Below, one piece after another: positions 44,707 to 47,545 of a DNA stretch of 47,545 nucleotides. Source of the DNA: Phoronis australis (lineage: Eukaryota > Animalia > Phoronida); NCBI GenBank assembly GCA_002633005.1, contig NMRA01000220.1, positions 178,127 to 225,671 on the forward strand, written 5' to 3'. A model generated the notes under the pieces. The model was not told the origin of the DNA. It worked only from the letters and a program-made list of their open reading frames with translations, and did not search any database. Made by a program: the position numbers and the translations under genes. How positions within the stretch are numbered: position 1 is the stretch's first letter; each line of letters starts with the position of its first letter.

Positions 44707-47545
44707 GTGAGCTTCATTGTTACGTCGAAAAGTAATATAAAAGTAAAGTAATCCCGCTTACGCTCGTATTCTCCACAGGAATACGTGTGGTACACGTGCT
44801 CTTTTAGCTAGGCTTACCATGGTGCATTTCGAGTGACAGCGTAAGGAAACATTTTGTCTCGGTTTAGTAGAAGTTCTTGTACACCGAAAGCAGGCTAATA
44901 TAATCTAAAAAATCTTTTCCTTAGTCTGAAATGTTTTGATGTGCAAGGTCCAAGCTAACCGCGATTCCGTCAAAGCCCGGGAGCATCTAATCTAGCAGTA
45001 GTGACTCATAACAAATAATGAGAATGGAGAATGATTTGATGGCCACAACCGTTTTCTTTGCGCAAGTCATTGTTTTTGTGAGTGGAAAAAGACTGACCGA
45101 GTAGCAGACCACCCAGTCTCGTCTCCAATCAAGTAAATGAAAGTAAACACCGACACGACACTTTGAGTAAACTGACATGTTTCCGCTTAATTTAGAAGTT
45201 ATATGTAGTTATTCGCGTTCAGTACTTAAACGTAAACTTTCGTGTTGGTCTTGCATTTACTTCGTAAGTCAACACTAGCACATTATCAGGGCAGGTTAAT
45301 ATCCACGGTGTTGGCAGATGAAAAAACATGAAGTTATGTTGAAATATCAGGCATACATTGTAAAAGCAATGGCAAACGACCATAGCTTCTCTTCCTTCAT
45401 TTACTTGTAAATTGTCTCTTTGCCAAACTACTTTTTAGTGTACTCGCGAAATGTCGCCAATTTCCACGACTTGTGATTTGGCAGATCTAGTGAGCATCTC
45501 ATAGATGAGACAGTCTCGCCACCTGGTGACTGATTGATCCTAATTGTTCCACGTCAGGATGAAACCATGTTTTATGTTTCGAGCAAACACAAAAGCATAC
45601 CGTAACTTCAAATGAATTCTAAATGCAGCTAGAAAGCATCATTGATTAACGGACTTACTCAGTGGATAAATATTCCTAAAAAGAAAGGGCACTGCCTGCC
45701 AATCGACATAACACGGATGCTGATGAGAGCGAAATCCAAATAGGCCGGGGTGTTGACCTACATGTACATGTATATCTCTGTAATTATTACATGTAATCCA
45801 CCATGAACAAAGTCGCTCCTGGGTCAAACTAACTACTCGTGCATTCATTGCGTCATAGACGTAATAATTCAGTTTCAGTTCAAGTCGCATATTTGTATAA
45901 TTTATGTGAACATGACAATTACAAAAGTTACCACAATGATCCAACGAACTCGCCTGAGAAGCCTATCAGACACTGGTGTACATTATGAGATGGTTGGGGG
46001 TCTATGCAATAATGTTGACGCGTGACTTTCCTAAAGTGTCCGGCCTAACGCACCATGGCTTGCAAACCACAATATTGATAAAACTTAGCTTATTCACCCA
46101 TACATTCAATGCTCCGTGAACAAAATAATTCTCAATTGAAGTCGCGTACTTGTAAAACTGATGAACATGACTATCAGCAGAAGAATACCAAAGAAAATTG
46201 ACCTAGTTGAACAGCGAGGTCAGGCTGAACTCGTCAGTATCAGAAAAAATACTAACTGTGGGTGGATTTTTTTCGTTAAAAGACCATTATGAACTGAAGT
46301 TAATGCGATTAAGGAGTCTGGCATTAGATTCCAACGCGAAGTGGTTGTGTTTTACCGGCAACGCGCGCAGGCAAGCCTCCAATGCGGTTTGCACACCATG
46401 GCGCGTTTGGCCAGATTTTTTTACGAATGTCTCGCACCAACATTTCTGCATAGCTCTAACCAACTCACTGTCGACACCGATTGTGCAGTAGGCCTCCCCT
46501 GCGGTTCGTTGGCAATGCGAAAATTATCTTGAGGAGGTCAATATTTGAACTGGACGATTGCGTGCGTACAGCTCACACGTTACACTGGATACAAAACCAA
46601 GGACGAATACATAGGAAATAGGAAGACGTAAAATATTGTTTTCATGGTCCGGGGTGTGTGCAATGAGGAAGTACGCGAGACGTTGGCAATCATGTCCGAT
46701 TTTGTTTTGTCAAATTCAAAATTGCGAAGTGCTTTTCTTTTAAAATATTGAAAACATAAAACATGAGCGATGTATTGGAAAAATTCGGACAGCGAAGCCA
46801 ACAGATGATTGAGAATGCACAGATCTTGCAGCATTTTGTCCCGGCGCCGGTTCTCGAAGATAATATTTTTTTCCAAAAAATCTGCCAGACTTTTTTTTCG
46901 AAAATTGACCTCTCACGACTCCGTATGTTCGAGTAGTGGCCGGTCCGGACTCTCCTGGACCCGTGCCTAGAGTGAGCGGGTAGCGACTTGGCTGGGGAGT
47001 TGTCAGTGGAGACAACCAGGGGAGGGGGTTGAAAAACGGTGAGGGTGGAATTCCTGCCTGCAGTTCAGGAAACCTATATCGTAGTGCCCACGCACCCCAC
47101 AAAACAGCCACGTCTCAAAACAACAAAAATCAAAATAAACGACATGGCCATTGAGAGTAATGAGGGTACCAAGGCAACATACATATTACGACCCAATGTT
47201 TTGAGACTAAATTGTAAAAATCGACATCGTCACTCAGTGCAATAAGGGTTTTCCAAGGTTCTGTAGTGCACCCATCGATTAAATATAATTTAAACTATGG
47301 CGTTGTCATAACACCGAAATAGCCGCCGATGTAGGGCTCAACATGCCTTTAAAGGAACATTTCCTTTAAATACACGTCCTATATGTGGCAATTTATAAAC
47401 AAGTTACCAAGGCATACAATTAAAATTATGTCACTGACTGTTCAAACCATGAGAGAAAATTAACTCGAACTGCATTCAAGTTGCACGAAAATGAACTGGT
47501 GTCAACGCATCTCCGCTATATACTGTATCTTTGTGTTCTGTTTTG

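Noticed and set aside
44707-47545. Transmembrane exons of the nAChR
   Set aside because: No TM1-TM2-like peptide (e.g. PC.LI, GEK) with splice sites was found; the gene presumably continues beyond the window, so ion selectivity cannot be judged.

Overview
Eukaryotic, intron- and repeat-rich DNA, most likely from a marine invertebrate (inferred from gene style and repeat content). Nearly all ORFs in the supplied track are noise. The one clear host gene is a + strand nicotinic acetylcholine receptor alpha subunit (alpha9/10-like by eye). Its extracellular-domain exons lie at 37463-44706; the signal-peptide exon was not found and the transmembrane exons fall beyond the window. The gene has two homologous 110-nt versions of the loop-A exon (39876-39985, 40033-40142) only 47 nt apart, the architecture of sterically enforced mutually exclusive splicing. 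Both versions put Trp at the canonical loop-A Tyr. Upstream are two distinct, internally deleted TTAA-flanked Kolobok-type transposons (4676-6951, 34537-36228), each with a THAP-domain gene converging on a Cys-rich KolX/P2X7-ballast-like gene. There are also smaller TTAA-AGG elements and many MITEs. A near-identical duplication (23688-27150 vs 31888-34533) straddles an N gap and looks like two haplotypes, one carrying a deletion that ends exactly at the transposon terminus. A CRE-cluster/TATA promoter candidate sits near 11.6-12.3 kb, and the 8-mer TACATGTA is strongly over-represented.
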